IMG/VR virus record: IMGVR_UViG_3300044796_000662
Location: 62,001 to 126,000 of that record
Reading direction: 5' to 3' (one strand)
Length of the DNA stretch: 64,000 nucleotides
The notes under the pieces were generated by a model, which was not told the DNA's origin, searched no databases, and saw only the letters and a list, made by a program, of their open reading frames with translations. Positions 8,657 to 18,074 of the stretch are shown here, piece by piece; position 1 is the stretch's first letter, and each line of letters starts with the position of its first letter. Both the position numbers and the translations under genes were made by a program.

Positions 8657-9388
8657 TCAGGTGAGGAAACGAGCAGCGACACGCTCGGCGAGCCCAAGCG
8701 AAGCCGTTTTCGTTACGGCAGTTGACCCCTCGGTCGTGTAGGTGGATTCGAGCCCAGGATCGAGATAGTTGAAGCGAATCAAGTCCGCTTCCAGACCGAC
8801 CTCATCGGCCACCTTGTCGAGAGTCTTGAGGAACTCAGCGCGAAGCACCTTGGTACGAGCCCGGCGCTGCGTGGGAAGCGATTGCCCGGCCGACCGTGTT
8901 TCGTTCAGAGCCGAATGCATCCTGACGTTGGCGTTGTAGCCTCGGATGTCCTTCATCGAGAGCTTGTGCCGGCTCAAATAATCCCCGACCATCTCGGCCG
9001 TGACCCTGCCTGTGTCGTGGGCGAACAGCTCGTCGTTGTCGTCTTCTGTGGTCTCGAACGCCGTCTGAAGAGCCTGGATGATGGTCCGGTTCGCTATCGG
9101 CCGACGCTTGCCAGCGCTTCGGTAGGTCGCGGACCACTCTTCCTCCCCCAACTCGACGTTCTTCTTACGCCAACCCACGGGGTCCTCGTTGGTCTCCACC
9201 ATGAGGCCAACCGCCAAAGCCGTGAGGAACCTGTTCGGGTCTCCAGAACTCAAGTCGCGGCGGATGCGTCCCTGCATCGACTCGACCGCCGAACGAATGC
9301 GGCTCAAGCGTCGCGAGGTCGAGCGTGCCTTGCGCTCCTCGCTCATCATACCCTTGGCTTTCGCGCGTGCGAGAACGTTGAAGTTCAC
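8657..9388 (-). CDS. Degenerate type IB topoisomerase-like protein with C-terminal RVAARF tag
   Basis: MKDIRGYNA and VADEVG...NYLDP resemble TopIB KDFRT and VAxxLGxTxxxxxxSY(I/L)DP; GTG 9388 with GGAGG SD and GTGA overlap. Confidence 0.65.
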   Translation of the reverse strand: MNFNVLARAKAKGMMSEERKARSTSRRLSRIRSAVESMQGRIRRDLSSGDPNRFLTALAVGLMVETNEDPVGWRKKNVELGEEEWSATYRSAGKRRPIANRTIIQALQTAFETTEDDNDELFAHDTGRVTAEMVGDYLSRHKLSMKDIRGYNANVRMHSALNETRSAGQSLPTQRRARTKVLRAEFLKTLDKVADEVGLEADLIRFNYLDPGLESTYTTEGSTAVTKTASLGLAERVAARFLT

Positions 9389-11637
9389 GCTGTGGCCTCC
9401 TCGTCGGCGGGCGGCAAGCCCTCGGGAGCCTTGCCGGTCTTGATGACACTCAGGAGCCACTTCGAGGGCTCTTCCTTGAGGTGGCCAAGCACGAACGTTG
9501 TCAGCAACTCGGCGAACCATTCCATGTGGTTCTTGCGCGAGTAGGTCGTGGGGACCCAATCGTGGAGCTGCACTTCGTAGCGGTCGTCGGGCTTGCTGAT
9601 CTCTCCCTTCAGAGTCTCATAGACCTCGTGCCGTTCCTTCTCGACCTCTTTCAGCTCCCGCTCCTTCGCCTCGTCCTTCCCCACGTAAGTCAACGTGGAG
9701 GCAGACTCCGGCACGACAAGCGGGCCTGGCCCACGACGATACATCGAGCTGCGGAGGAGGTACTTCTCCGGCGCTTCGATGATCTCGATGAGGACGTCCC
9801 GGCCCTTCTTGCCGACGATCTTCCCCTTGATGTGGTACTGAACACCGTTTGACCAGGTGTCGTACTCGACCACGGTTCCCTTGCGTGGGAGCGGCCGGTG
9901 GATGTACTGCGTCTCTTCCAGTTCCTTGTAGCGCTTGTTGAGTACGTCGAGGCGCCGCTTCAGCACGTCTCGCGATCCCCCAGCTTGCGTGCGCTTCTGG
10001 CGCATGGCCCACATGAAGCGGGTCATGACCTCGACGTTGTTCTGGCCGCCCGGCACCACCTTGTCGTGGTAGTAGTGCGCCAGCTCGTGGATCAACGTGT
10101 GGAGGAAGCTTGCGTCCTCGTACGCCTTGGGTGCCACCTGGATCGCGGGTGGGCTCGAACCCATGTGGTACACGGCGGCTGCGTGCGAGCCGATGCCGCC
10201 ACCGTAGAGCGCCACAAGGATGTTGTCCTGAAGCGGCACCCCGGCGGCCTGGTACTTCTGCTCGGACTCCAGGAGTAGCTTGCCAACTTCTTCGAGGTGC
10301 TCGGCGTGCTGCTTGATGTAGCGCACCTTGAACCGACCGAACTGCTCCTCGTTGAACTGCACTGCCGCGTGCCGGTTCTTGAGGGCGTCGCGAAGGCTCT
10401 GGTCCGGGCCGATGCCGAGGTTGTTCCGAAGCGTGTTCGCCATCGAGTGGGCCTCGTTGTACGAGATCCCCATCTCCTGCATGATCTGACGGTCGCTCAT
10501 CCCTGACATGAACAGGTGGGCGAAGTCGTGGAGCTTCTTGTCGAAGGCCCCGCCACCCGTGCACTTGCAGCCGCCAGCGGTCTTGCCGGCCGCCTCGGCT
10601 TCCGCCTGTGCCTTGAGCGCGTTCTCCTTCACGTCTGCACGCCAGACCTTGTAGAGCCCGAAGACCTTGTTCTGCTTGCGGCCCTTGGGAATCGGCTCGA
10701 CTTCGATCGTGGGGTTGCCCCACTTGTCCGTACTGAAACCAACGATCTTGCCGCGCTTGTTCTTGTACTTGCCGTACAGAACGATGTCGCCCGGCTTGAA
10801 GTAGTTCGCGTACTTGAGTGCGACGCTGGCGGCGAGTCGGTCCATTCCCCCTTGCTCGTCGAAAAGTAGCTTAGCCTGCTCCATCCGGTCGTAGACGCCC
10901 TTGAGGATGGTCGCCTTGTTCTTCGGCGTCAGATGGTCCTCGATGACCTTCCACGTCGTGGACAGAAGCAGCGCGTAGTGCAGGAGTTTCTGATTGGGGT
11001 GGGGGTCCTTCTCGGCGCGCTCCCGTAGCATCACATGCATCTGGTCGCTCTTGCCGACGTTGTGGATCACCTCGTCGGCGATCTGCTGCATGAAGGCCCG
11101 GACCTCCGAGGGATCGTTGATGTATGGACCCCAGGCCGCCTCCCCCTTCTCCATGACTTCCTTGGGGGAGTAGGTCAGCCCTTTCATGTGATCCATCTCG
11201 GCGGCGTGCGTCGCCTCGTGGATCAGGAGTGAGTACAGGCCGTAGTTCAGGCACGTCTCAGCCCGGCACGAGTGAATGGGCTGGATGCGAAGAGGAGCCG
11301 TGAGGGACCCTTCTGTGTTCAGGTACTCGGCCGGAGTGAGCGCCCCGTTGATCTCCAGCTCGATCACCCCGGGACGTGTCCGGCCTCCGAGCACGGCAGC
11401 GTACTTGCCCTTAGCCTCACGAGCCGACACGTAAACGTCGTACCGAAGAGGGTAGCCTTTGACGGACTCGATCCGAAGCGGCTCTCCGCGGACGATCCCG
11501 TCCACATGCCCGATCGGCTCGTCTTGCTTCTGCCGGCGCAACCAGCGCACGATCTCCGGCACAAGCTGGCCTTCGACGAACTGCGCAATCGCGCCCTTGT
11601 CGAGCCAGATCGGTCGGGTAGCAGAGCGGTCCATCAT
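9385..11637 (-). CDS. Multidomain (polyvalent) protein: zincin, SH3-like, HTH, second zincin
   Basis: LIHEATHAAE and LIHELAHYYH...EWFAE motifs; the N-terminal module is paralogous to 26026..26754. Confidence 0.8.
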   Translation of the reverse strand: MMDRSATRPIWLDKGAIAQFVEGQLVPEIVRWLRRQKQDEPIGHVDGIVRGEPLRIESVKGYPLRYDVYVSAREAKGKYAAVLGGRTRPGVIELEINGALTPAEYLNTEGSLTAPLRIQPIHSCRAETCLNYGLYSLLIHEATHAAEMDHMKGLTYSPKEVMEKGEAAWGPYINDPSEVRAFMQQIADEVIHNVGKSDQMHVMLRERAEKDPHPNQKLLHYALLLSTTWKVIEDHLTPKNKATILKGVYDRMEQAKLLFDEQGGMDRLAASVALKYANYFKPGDIVLYGKYKNKRGKIVGFSTDKWGNPTIEVEPIPKGRKQNKVFGLYKVWRADVKENALKAQAEAEAAGKTAGGCKCTGGGAFDKKLHDFAHLFMSGMSDRQIMQEMGISYNEAHSMANTLRNNLGIGPDQSLRDALKNRHAAVQFNEEQFGRFKVRYIKQHAEHLEEVGKLLLESEQKYQAAGVPLQDNILVALYGGGIGSHAAAVYHMGSSPPAIQVAPKAYEDASFLHTLIHELAHYYHDKVVPGGQNNVEVMTRFMWAMRQKRTQAGGSRDVLKRRLDVLNKRYKELEETQYIHRPLPRKGTVVEYDTWSNGVQYHIKGKIVGKKGRDVLIEIIEAPEKYLLRSSMYRRGPGPLVVPESASTLTYVGKDEAKERELKEVEKERHEVYETLKGEISKPDDRYEVQLHDWVPTTYSRKNHMEWFAELLTTFVLGHLKEEPSKWLLSVIKTGKAPEGLPPADEEATA

Positions 11638-12743
11638 CGTCTCCTGACCAGGATGCGGTCGCCCTGGCTGTTCATAAGGGCGATCTGATCGTCTGACAGA
11701 CGGTTGGGGTGCGTCGCGTAGAGCGTCACGGGTCCCTTTCGAAAGACGATCTTCACGCGAACCTCGCGGCCGCCCTTGTCCTGCCAGACATCGGCGACCG
11801 TGCCCTTCTCGCGCGCCCCGATGTCCAGGTCCCGGGAGCCTTTGAGCACTTCGATCGTGTCACGAGGCTTGAGTGCGAACTCGCCTCGGATCTTGTTCGG
11901 ATCGTCCTGGACCTCGAAGAGCTTCTCGTGCTTGCGCTTCTGTTGGAGGATCTGGAACGAGGTCGGGATGGGATTCGAGGGCCGAAGGTGGATCCCGATG
12001 CGTGCCGTCTCGATCGCATCGTCCTTGCTCGGAGCATCATCAACGATGACCTTACCGTCGTTCGTGAGCACCTTCCAGACGTTACCCTCCTCCGTGACCC
12101 GCACGTCCACGCCGAGGATAGAGCCCTGGAAGAGCTTGGGGTGCACCTCGCGCAAATCAATGTCCTTGACCGGACGTTTGGCGACGTACTCCTTGGCGTC
12201 CTCGATCGACATGGGCACCATCTTGTGATCCGGGTGCACCACAAAGAGGTCCACGTCATGTACCCCCACGGTCATCGAGCACCCAAGCCCGAAGTTGCAG
12301 ATGTTGGCGTCGATCACCGCAGGCTGCTTCTCGGGGCCGTTCGGGTCGAACTCCACCTTGGGGTCGAGATGGTGAAACGTGGTGCCGATCGCGTCGTACT
12401 TCGCGAGGAAGAGGTCGTCCCCGTAGCGGCCGCCCCGCAGCCGGTTGCCGACCTCGATGACCTCCGTAACGTTCTCGGCCCACGATGCTCCGTGAGCACG
12501 TTCAGCGGGAGTCGAGTAGGTGCCGCCCGTGATCTGGCCAGTCTTGAGGATGCGGACCAGCTCCTCCCCGTCGAAGATGCGGTAGAGGGTGAAGCTGGAA
12601 TCGAACTCGGCGACGATCTGGTTCGGCAGAGACGTGAACCGCTGGCGGATCTTGTTCGTCGCGTCACGGTCGATGAGGATGCGGACCGTGCGCGCGTAAC
12701 GCACTCGAAAGCGCGTCAGAACACGGGTAGTCAGCGCGTCCAT
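11634..12743 (-). CDS. Hypothetical protein with RV-x-x-R-F leader, possibly ADP-ribosyltransferase-like
   Basis: 369 aa; MDALTTRVLTRFRVRYA leader; LYR...E...I..TG...GASW pattern. The ORF is solid, the function is tentative. Confidence 0.6.
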   Translation of the reverse strand: MDALTTRVLTRFRVRYARTVRILIDRDATNKIRQRFTSLPNQIVAEFDSSFTLYRIFDGEELVRILKTGQITGGTYSTPAERAHGASWAENVTEVIEVGNRLRGGRYGDDLFLAKYDAIGTTFHHLDPKVEFDPNGPEKQPAVIDANICNFGLGCSMTVGVHDVDLFVVHPDHKMVPMSIEDAKEYVAKRPVKDIDLREVHPKLFQGSILGVDVRVTEEGNVWKVLTNDGKVIVDDAPSKDDAIETARIGIHLRPSNPIPTSFQILQQKRKHEKLFEVQDDPNKIRGEFALKPRDTIEVLKGSRDLDIGAREKGTVADVWQDKGGREVRVKIVFRKGPVTLYATHPNRLSDDQIALMNSQGDRILVRRR

Positions 12744-12746
12744 GCC

Positions 12747-13592
12747 CTACCGCCGGCATCGAAACAGAACCGCCCCAGGAGGGACGATGAGCTGTTCGAG
12801 CCAGCCGTAGAACCCGTTGATGTCCGCGAATTGAGGGAAGAATCTGGACGCGCCGCCGGCGTCGCCAGGGTCGGTCCCCCCGTCAGGCCCCACCCCCCAC
12901 CCCGTGATCCCGTCGCTCTGACGCCTCTTTGTAGGGGTCACGTTGCCCCGAGCCCGTAGTTCCCCGCTGAGGGCGTCCAGAGCGAGCCTGGGGCACCCTG
13001 GGACGCACGACCAGTCGTTGACGGTCTCCAACCCGTCCGCGTCGGCATAGCCCTCCCAGGCGCCTGTGCGGGTCGTCCGCGTGCCCTTCTGCGAGAACTG
13101 CGTCGAGCTACCCCCAGGACCGTTGGGGTAGCCCTTGTGGCCGGGGATGCGGGACTGTCCGGGGGTGCATTCGGGCGTGTGAACGATGGCTAGGTTGGTC
13201 GGCCATCGTCCTCCTGTATGGCTCTCCGTGTAATTCAAGTGCCCGTTTCCCCAAGCATCGTCACTATGGGGAAACGTTCCGCGAGGTCGCCCACGGTCCT
13301 CTGTGGTGGCAACTCGGCAGACGTCGATGTGGAGTCCCCCTGTACCCGTCGAGAGCACTTGCTCCGCCACCGTGGGAGCCTCCAGGGGCTTGCGAAAGAG
13401 CAACACAGGCTCAGCCCGCGGCCCAGGCAAGAGCACGAGCAGCGTGTCCCTCAGGTGCAGCCCCGCCTGCCTGGCATCCAGGGAGGCCATGGGGTTGTCA
13501 CCGAAGACGGCAACGAAGGCCCCAGGGGACAGCTCGTCGATGACCCCGAAAGCCGAGTCCCCGAAGAAGAGGAACGCAGCCCCGAAGGTCAC
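12747..13592 (-). CDS. Degenerate N4/N6 DNA methyltransferase-like protein
   Basis: EPVLLFRKPL...GTGGLHIDVCRV, GRWPTN and GASRFF match the phage MTase core; no DPPY or FxGxG visible. Confidence 0.62.
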   Translation of the reverse strand: MTFGAAFLFFGDSAFGVIDELSPGAFVAVFGDNPMASLDARQAGLHLRDTLLVLLPGPRAEPVLLFRKPLEAPTVAEQVLSTGTGGLHIDVCRVATTEDRGRPRGTFPHSDDAWGNGHLNYTESHTGGRWPTNLAIVHTPECTPGQSRIPGHKGYPNGPGGSSTQFSQKGTRTTRTGAWEGYADADGLETVNDWSCVPGCPRLALDALSGELRARGNVTPTKRRQSDGITGWGVGPDGGTDPGDAGGASRFFPQFADINGFYGWLEQLIVPPGAVLFRCRR

Positions 13593-14596
13593 TGCGCCGA
13601 CTCGTACCAGAGCACGAGCTGCTCGACCATCTTGTATGGGTTGAGGTCGTGCGGAACGACCGCACGATTGAACCCCGCGGCCCTCGTGTGGCCCCCACCA
13701 CCGTTGCTCTTCGCGAACGCGAGGCAGTCGAAGTCCGTGTGGCTGCGCGTCGAGAGGAGCATCTTGGGCGTGCCGTTCTCGACGATGTACGAGAAGCCGA
13801 TGATGAGGTCCGCCTCAGTGCCGAGCGCCTCAGCCGCGTCGCTCGTTGTCTTGAGGCCGTCGAACGTGACGACCTTCGTACCCTTGGCGCTCGTAAACCT
13901 GTAGGCGGACTCGATCGTCTTCTGGACCGACTTCTCCATGCGCTCGATGAGGAGTCGGCCGATAGCCCTGCGTTCCTCCCAGATGGGGACCATCGCCGAC
14001 GAGAAGGGGCTTCCGATGCTCAGCCAGTGCTCGACGGGGTAGAAGCGGAGCATCTCGGCCTGCGCACAGGCATCCCTCCACCACGGGTGTGTATTGAGCC
14101 AGGTGTCACGCACGCCCGCGAGGGTGGCAAACTCCTCGGCCCTCTTCTGCTCTTCGATGGCCACCGTGTCCGTGGCGTCCTCCACCGGATTTACCAGGCG
14201 CCACACGTGACGGAATGCGAGGACGGCGCCGCAGACACCCGGCTCGGTCTTCTCGTTGCCGAAGTGCCCTCGCTTGGGGCCGAAGGCTTCCACGACGTCC
14301 TGCACGCCCTTGTGGTGGTCGAGCACGAGGGTGCCGGCATCGATCCACGGCTTGAGGGCGTCGAGATCGTTCTTCAACACCCCATCGACGGTCTTGGTCG
14401 GCACGTACGGCACGAAGTCGCAGAAGAGGTAGCCGGGCTCTGGCACGAGAGCCTTGAGCGCGTCCGTGTTGTGCTGCATGAACCGGATCTCTGCCTGGGG
14501 CAGAGAGTCATGGAGCAGGATCGCGCTGGCCACCCCGTCCGGACAGTTGTCGTGGACAACGATGGTCTTGACCTGTGCAAGCTCGTGAACGTACAT
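13589..14596 (-). CDS. DHH/DHHA1 phosphoesterase (NrnB-like)
   Basis: HDNCPDG, LDHHK, GGGGHTRAAG. Confidence 0.87.
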   Translation of the reverse strand: MYVHELAQVKTIVVHDNCPDGVASAILLHDSLPQAEIRFMQHNTDALKALVPEPGYLFCDFVPYVPTKTVDGVLKNDLDALKPWIDAGTLVLDHHKGVQDVVEAFGPKRGHFGNEKTEPGVCGAVLAFRHVWRLVNPVEDATDTVAIEEQKRAEEFATLAGVRDTWLNTHPWWRDACAQAEMLRFYPVEHWLSIGSPFSSAMVPIWEERRAIGRLLIERMEKSVQKTIESAYRFTSAKGTKVVTFDGLKTTSDAAEALGTEADLIIGFSYIVENGTPKMLLSTRSHTDFDCLAFAKSNGGGGHTRAAGFNRAVVPHDLNPYKMVEQLVLWYESAQ

Positions 14597-14632
14597 GCCG
14601 CACCCCTACACCGGGGCGCTATGCATGAGTCG

Positions 14633-15010
14633 CTAGAAGAGGTGCCGGTTCGTCCCAGCCTTCTTGTTGGCGGCGATGAGGAGGTCGCAGAGGGTCTTGG
14701 CGATTTGCGAGTCGGCGGTGTGGACCGGCACGACCTTGTCCTCGTACTCGTCCTTCTCGCGGTGGATCGCGATAGCGCCGAGCGAGATCGTCCCGTCGCC
14801 ACCCACACTGACCGTGCACATGCAGTAGTCACTGGACGGTACGTCCTTGAACGAGAGATTCATCTGCGCTTCGAGGCGGTCGTCCCCGACGTCCTCCATG
14901 TTCCAATCCTTGACGTTGGGGAACGCCTGCTTGACGTGCGTGAAGGTGCCCTCGAAGAGCGACGAGGCCCATGTGTCGAACGCGGCGTGAAGGGAATTTG
15001 CCTTGGCCAT
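14633..15010 (-). CDS. Hypothetical protein
   Basis: MAKANSLH... 125 aa; start approximate. Confidence 0.6.
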   Translation of the reverse strand: MAKANSLHAAFDTWASSLFEGTFTHVKQAFPNVKDWNMEDVGDDRLEAQMNLSFKDVPSSDYCMCTVSVGGDGTISLGAIAIHREKDEYEDKVVPVHTADSQIAKTLCDLLIAANKKAGTNRHLF

Positions 15011-15015
15011 GTGGG

Positions 15016-15237
15016 TCACCCTGTAGCGAGGAGTCGAAGTCGGTTCGGGCAGGAATCGTGGTCGTGTGCCCGCATGGGGGAGCCGAAGCACGAGCAGGAC
15101 GCGTCCACGGTGGTGCCGCCGTTCCTGTGGTGCGTGACGATGACCCGTACGCCGTTGCGGCTCTGGTCTTCCTTCCACACGCCCGGGAGCTTGTGGCCGC
15201 ACTCCCTGCAATGCACGGCCTGCTTCTTGATCTTCAC
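15016..15237 (-). CDS. Small zinc-finger-like protein
   Basis: CRECG...CSC..H; GTGA overlap with the upstream gene. Confidence 0.55.
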   Translation of the reverse strand: MKIKKQAVHCRECGHKLPGVWKEDQSRNGVRVIVTHHRNGGTTVDASCSCFGSPMRAHDHDSCPNRLRLLATG

Positions 15238-16475
15238 TGTGCCTCCTGGGCGGCCTTCTTGGCGCGCGGCTTCGAGGTCTTGGGGGTCGGGGGCTCAGTT
15301 GAGAACTTGCAGCGCGTGAGGTTGGTCTGCGCCTCGCCCCTCCATTCCCCGTGCTTCGTGACGGTGCCCGTCACGTAGTAGGACGTTCCGGCTTTCAAGT
15401 CCTGTGCCCCCGAATTCCAGATGGCCTTGTTGCCCGTGACGTCCACGAACTGGTGGATGAACCGTGTACCGAAATCGTTGGTGTACGCGTTCGAGCCCGT
15501 GTACGTGAGCACGAAGGTCTCGCGCTTGTCGATCGTCCCGAAGTGCTGCGAGCGACCCCGGATGGCTGCCCGCGTCAGCTCGCGCCCATGGGCGGATGGG
15601 ATGGAGGCCGCAAGCCCGAGGGTGCGTCGGTCCACGAGACCGGAACACGCGATGGCCCGGATGTTGTGCAGGTAGTCATTGATGCCGGCCTGCTCCTCGG
15701 TAAGTCCTTCGGCCCATTCAAGAGCCGAGGCTGCGGTGACGAGATCGGCAGGACTCGGGTGCTCTTTCTTGAGGTCACGGTCGAGCAGACGTTCGAGAGC
15801 CCGATCAGCGGTCGCACGGCCGCCGATGTCGCGCACGGCACTCCGAGGGACCCAACCGTTGCGACGAACCTCCAGGGTGACGTAGCCGAGGTACTCCGCA
15901 AGGAGGATGGAGGACGCGCCGCCGCCCTTGTAGCCGCCGATGTCCTCGGCCGACTCCGCGAGGGCGCACGCGCTGGCGATGAGGCTCGCAGCCTGAGCGA
16001 CACGGACCACTTTGTCGCTGCCGACGAAGTCTTCCAGGCAGGTGGACCCGACCTGCGTGTGACGCCCGTCCTCGTGCTGAAGGATGTACGTGTCGTTGCG
16101 CTGGCGCTTGTGCTTGCAGTGATCGCAGACGGGGCCGCGAGACCAGTAGACCTTGGGGATGTCGATGGTCGAGACCTTGCGTACGATGGTCTCGTCGTCG
16201 ATGTGTTGAAGCGAGCCGATGAAGGCCCACCCGTTGAGGCGCGGGGTCTCGCCCAAGACGGTCAGCGGCACGCGCGTGACCATCGCGTAGAACTCGACCT
16301 GGTCACCGTACTCCGGATGCGGGACGCGTTCCTTCTTCTGGTACGCCTTGCCCCACTCCCAAGAGATGGGAGCGACGCCGAGCTTCTTGGCGCGCTTGAC
16401 CAGAGCGGCGAAGCCCTGCTCGACGGTTTCGCGGCGATCCGCGAGGATGCCGAAGACTCGGATGGCGGAGTTCAT
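15234..16475 (-). CDS. Phage protein with zinc ribbon and C-terminal OB-fold-like domain
   Basis: CDHCKHKRQRNDTY...VGSTCL; C-terminal beta-rich VTGTVTKHGEWRGEAQTNLTRC. Confidence 0.75.
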   Translation of the reverse strand: MNSAIRVFGILADRRETVEQGFAALVKRAKKLGVAPISWEWGKAYQKKERVPHPEYGDQVEFYAMVTRVPLTVLGETPRLNGWAFIGSLQHIDDETIVRKVSTIDIPKVYWSRGPVCDHCKHKRQRNDTYILQHEDGRHTQVGSTCLEDFVGSDKVVRVAQAASLIASACALAESAEDIGGYKGGGASSILLAEYLGYVTLEVRRNGWVPRSAVRDIGGRATADRALERLLDRDLKKEHPSPADLVTAASALEWAEGLTEEQAGINDYLHNIRAIACSGLVDRRTLGLAASIPSAHGRELTRAAIRGRSQHFGTIDKRETFVLTYTGSNAYTNDFGTRFIHQFVDVTGNKAIWNSGAQDLKAGTSYYVTGTVTKHGEWRGEAQTNLTRCKFSTEPPTPKTSKPRAKKAAQEAQ

Positions 16476-16705
16476 GACGGCACCTTCGGGGGGCGGATCA
16501 GGCCGTGCATCTGCGCAACTTCCAGAGCCAGGCGGGGGTTCTCACGAACATCGCGGAGCGCCTTGATGGCCTCGCGACGGAAAGTCTTCCTGTCCAGCGC
16601 ATCGAGCGTGCCGTAGATGGACCTCATGAAGCCCTCGACGAGCGGCGCCTCCTCGGGCTCGCACTTGGAAAGTTCGATGATGATGCGCTCGTACAGGGAA
16701 GCCAT
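16472..16705 (-). CDS. Small hypothetical (early) protein
   Basis: GGAGG SD 6 nt before ATG 16705; downstream of a class-1 promoter. Confidence 0.65.
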   Translation of the reverse strand: MASLYERIIIELSKCEPEEAPLVEGFMRSIYGTLDALDRKTFRREAIKALRDVRENPRLALEVAQMHGLIRPPKVPS

Positions 16706-16723
16706 GTGCATCCTCCAAACGGA

Positions 16724-16751
16724 ACTACAACCCCAAGCGAGCGGGAATCAA
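16724..16751 (-). promoter_or_regulatory. Class-1 promoter TTGATTC-N11-GGGTTGTAGT
   Basis: Exact copy, one of five. Confidence 0.8.
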
Positions 16752-16897
16752 CTCGACGCGAGGAAATCCAGAAGACCCCCGAACAACCACATGAGGAGCG
16801 GCACGACGACCTTGAAGAGCACCACCAGTTCCAGGCACAGCCTGAGGAAGTGCACCACCTTGTCGATAGCCGCGTCACTGACCAGTTCTCTTCCCAT
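16748..16897 (-). CDS. 49-aa putative membrane protein (not in ORF track)
   Basis: MGRELVSDAAIDKVVHFLRLCLELVVLFKVVVPLLMWLFGGLLDFLASS; GAGGGA SD; its stop overlaps the next -35 box. Confidence 0.5.
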   Translation of the reverse strand: MGRELVSDAAIDKVVHFLRLCLELVVLFKVVVPLLMWLFGGLLDFLASS

Positions 16898-16905
16898 GGC
16901 GTCCC

Positions 16906-17196
16906 TCATCCGTCCGAGTGGAAGTCCTCACGGTCGCTGTCGAAGTGCCCGTGCTGCACGTCTCCGTAGTCGAAGTATTCGTCCGAGGCGTCGTTCACCT
17001 CGAAGCCTTCCGTCGCCTTGTCATGGCACGACGTGCAGAGCCAGTTCGTCGAGGTGTCATGGACCTGCTTGCCCGTCAGGTTCTCGCCGCACTCCTCGCA
17101 TTCGGGAGTGGCGTCGTGCCCCGATTCCGCCCACTTCACGAGCAGGTGGTTGTACTCGGGGTTGAGGGTCGGGCCGCTCGGGAGGGGGCTAGACAT
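16906..17196 (-). CDS. Small zinc-ribbon protein with acidic tail
   Basis: CEECG...LCTSCH; start ATG 17196 overlaps the upstream gene end. Confidence 0.6.
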   Translation of the reverse strand: MSSPLPSGPTLNPEYNHLLVKWAESGHDATPECEECGENLTGKQVHDTSTNWLCTSCHDKATEGFEVNDASDEYFDYGDVQHGHFDSDREDFHSDG

Positions 17197-17431
17197 AGGA
17201 GACCTCGATCCAGCGCAGGGTGTTGGTGTCCGTCTCCCGGATGACCCGCGCCTTCTTGAGCAGGGCCACCGCGCGCTGGAAGGCATCACGGCTCATGCCG
17301 CCCTTCGCCGCGAACCCGAACAGTTGCTCGCTCGGGATCTCGCCCTCCGAGCGCACGATGTCCGCCAGCACCTTGAGGAAGTCGAGCGCCTGCCCGATCT
17401 GCTCACGCGTGAATCCGTGGGGATTGCTCAT
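17189..17431 (-). CDS. Small winged-helix-like protein, probably leaderless
   Basis: 80 aa helical pattern; ATG 6 nt after a class-1 -10 box. Confidence 0.62.
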   Translation of the reverse strand: MSNPHGFTREQIGQALDFLKVLADIVRSEGEIPSEQLFGFAAKGGMSRDAFQRAVALLKKARVIRETDTNTLRWIEVSYV

Positions 17432-17437
17432 GTAGCT

Positions 17438-17465
17438 ACTACAACCCAACCACGGGCAGAATCAA
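17438..17465 (-). promoter_or_regulatory. Class-1 promoter TTGATTC-N11-GGGTTGTAGT
   Basis: Exact copy; back-to-back with 17477. Confidence 0.8.
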
Positions 17466-17476
17466 CCGGACCAGGG

Positions 17477-17504
17477 TTGATTCCTGCGGCGCTCGGGTTG
17501 TAGT
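17477..17504 (+). promoter_or_regulatory. Class-1 promoter TTGATTC-N11-GGGTTGTAGT
   Basis: Exact copy; ATG 6 nt downstream. Confidence 0.8.
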
Positions 17505-17510
17505 ACCTTC

Positions 17511-18074
17511 ATGGCGACCCCCAAATACTGGATGCCCACACGGCCCTACAGTGTCATCGACGCCGTCAACAGGATGGCTGCGGCCACGGGCTCGACCGCC
17601 TACGCGATGCGGGCGGCCCACGCGGACTACAACGGCCACGCCGTGAGGGTTTACTGGAACGACTACCGCGGCTACTGGCTCGCCGAGTACCAGTGGGGCG
17701 AACGGGTCGTGCTGGCCCGAGGACAGCTCGCAGAGGCTCTGTACGCCGCTTGCCGGGAGTACAAGCGGGGCGCTCTGGGGGCGTCCGTACGGGCCGCCTA
17801 TCCGGAATCAGTCCGGGAAGGAAACGTGCCCAGCGAATCGATCCCCTACTTCGAGCAGATGTGCGTCGAGCACGGCCTCACGAGCGAGGCGGTGCTCTCC
17901 GAGGAGGCCCACCGTGACACGTGGTGGACTCCCCTGCACGCCAAGGTCAACGAGGCGCTGGACTACGAGCGGCGCGGCTTCGCGCCCGCTGTGGGCTTCC
18001 TGTGCAACTCTGCCACTCTGGACGAGTACGAGGCCAAGCTGAACGCACACTTTGCCGCAAGGCGTCGAGGTTGA
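17511..18074 (+). CDS. Hypothetical early protein, probably leaderless
   Basis: 187 aa; ATG 6 nt after GGGTTGTAGT. Confidence 0.72.
   Translation: MATPKYWMPTRPYSVIDAVNRMAAATGSTAYAMRAAHADYNGHAVRVYWNDYRGYWLAEYQWGERVVLARGQLAEALYAACREYKRGALGASVRAAYPESVREGNVPSESIPYFEQMCVEHGLTSEAVLSEEAHRDTWWTPLHAKVNEALDYERRGFAPAVGFLCNSATLDEYEAKLNAHFAARRRG

Noticed and set aside
13649-15319. 556-aa plus-strand ORF and similar ones (31927..33462, 45083..46561, 39147..40379)
   Set aside because: Antisense to genes with clear family motifs; no SD or promoter support
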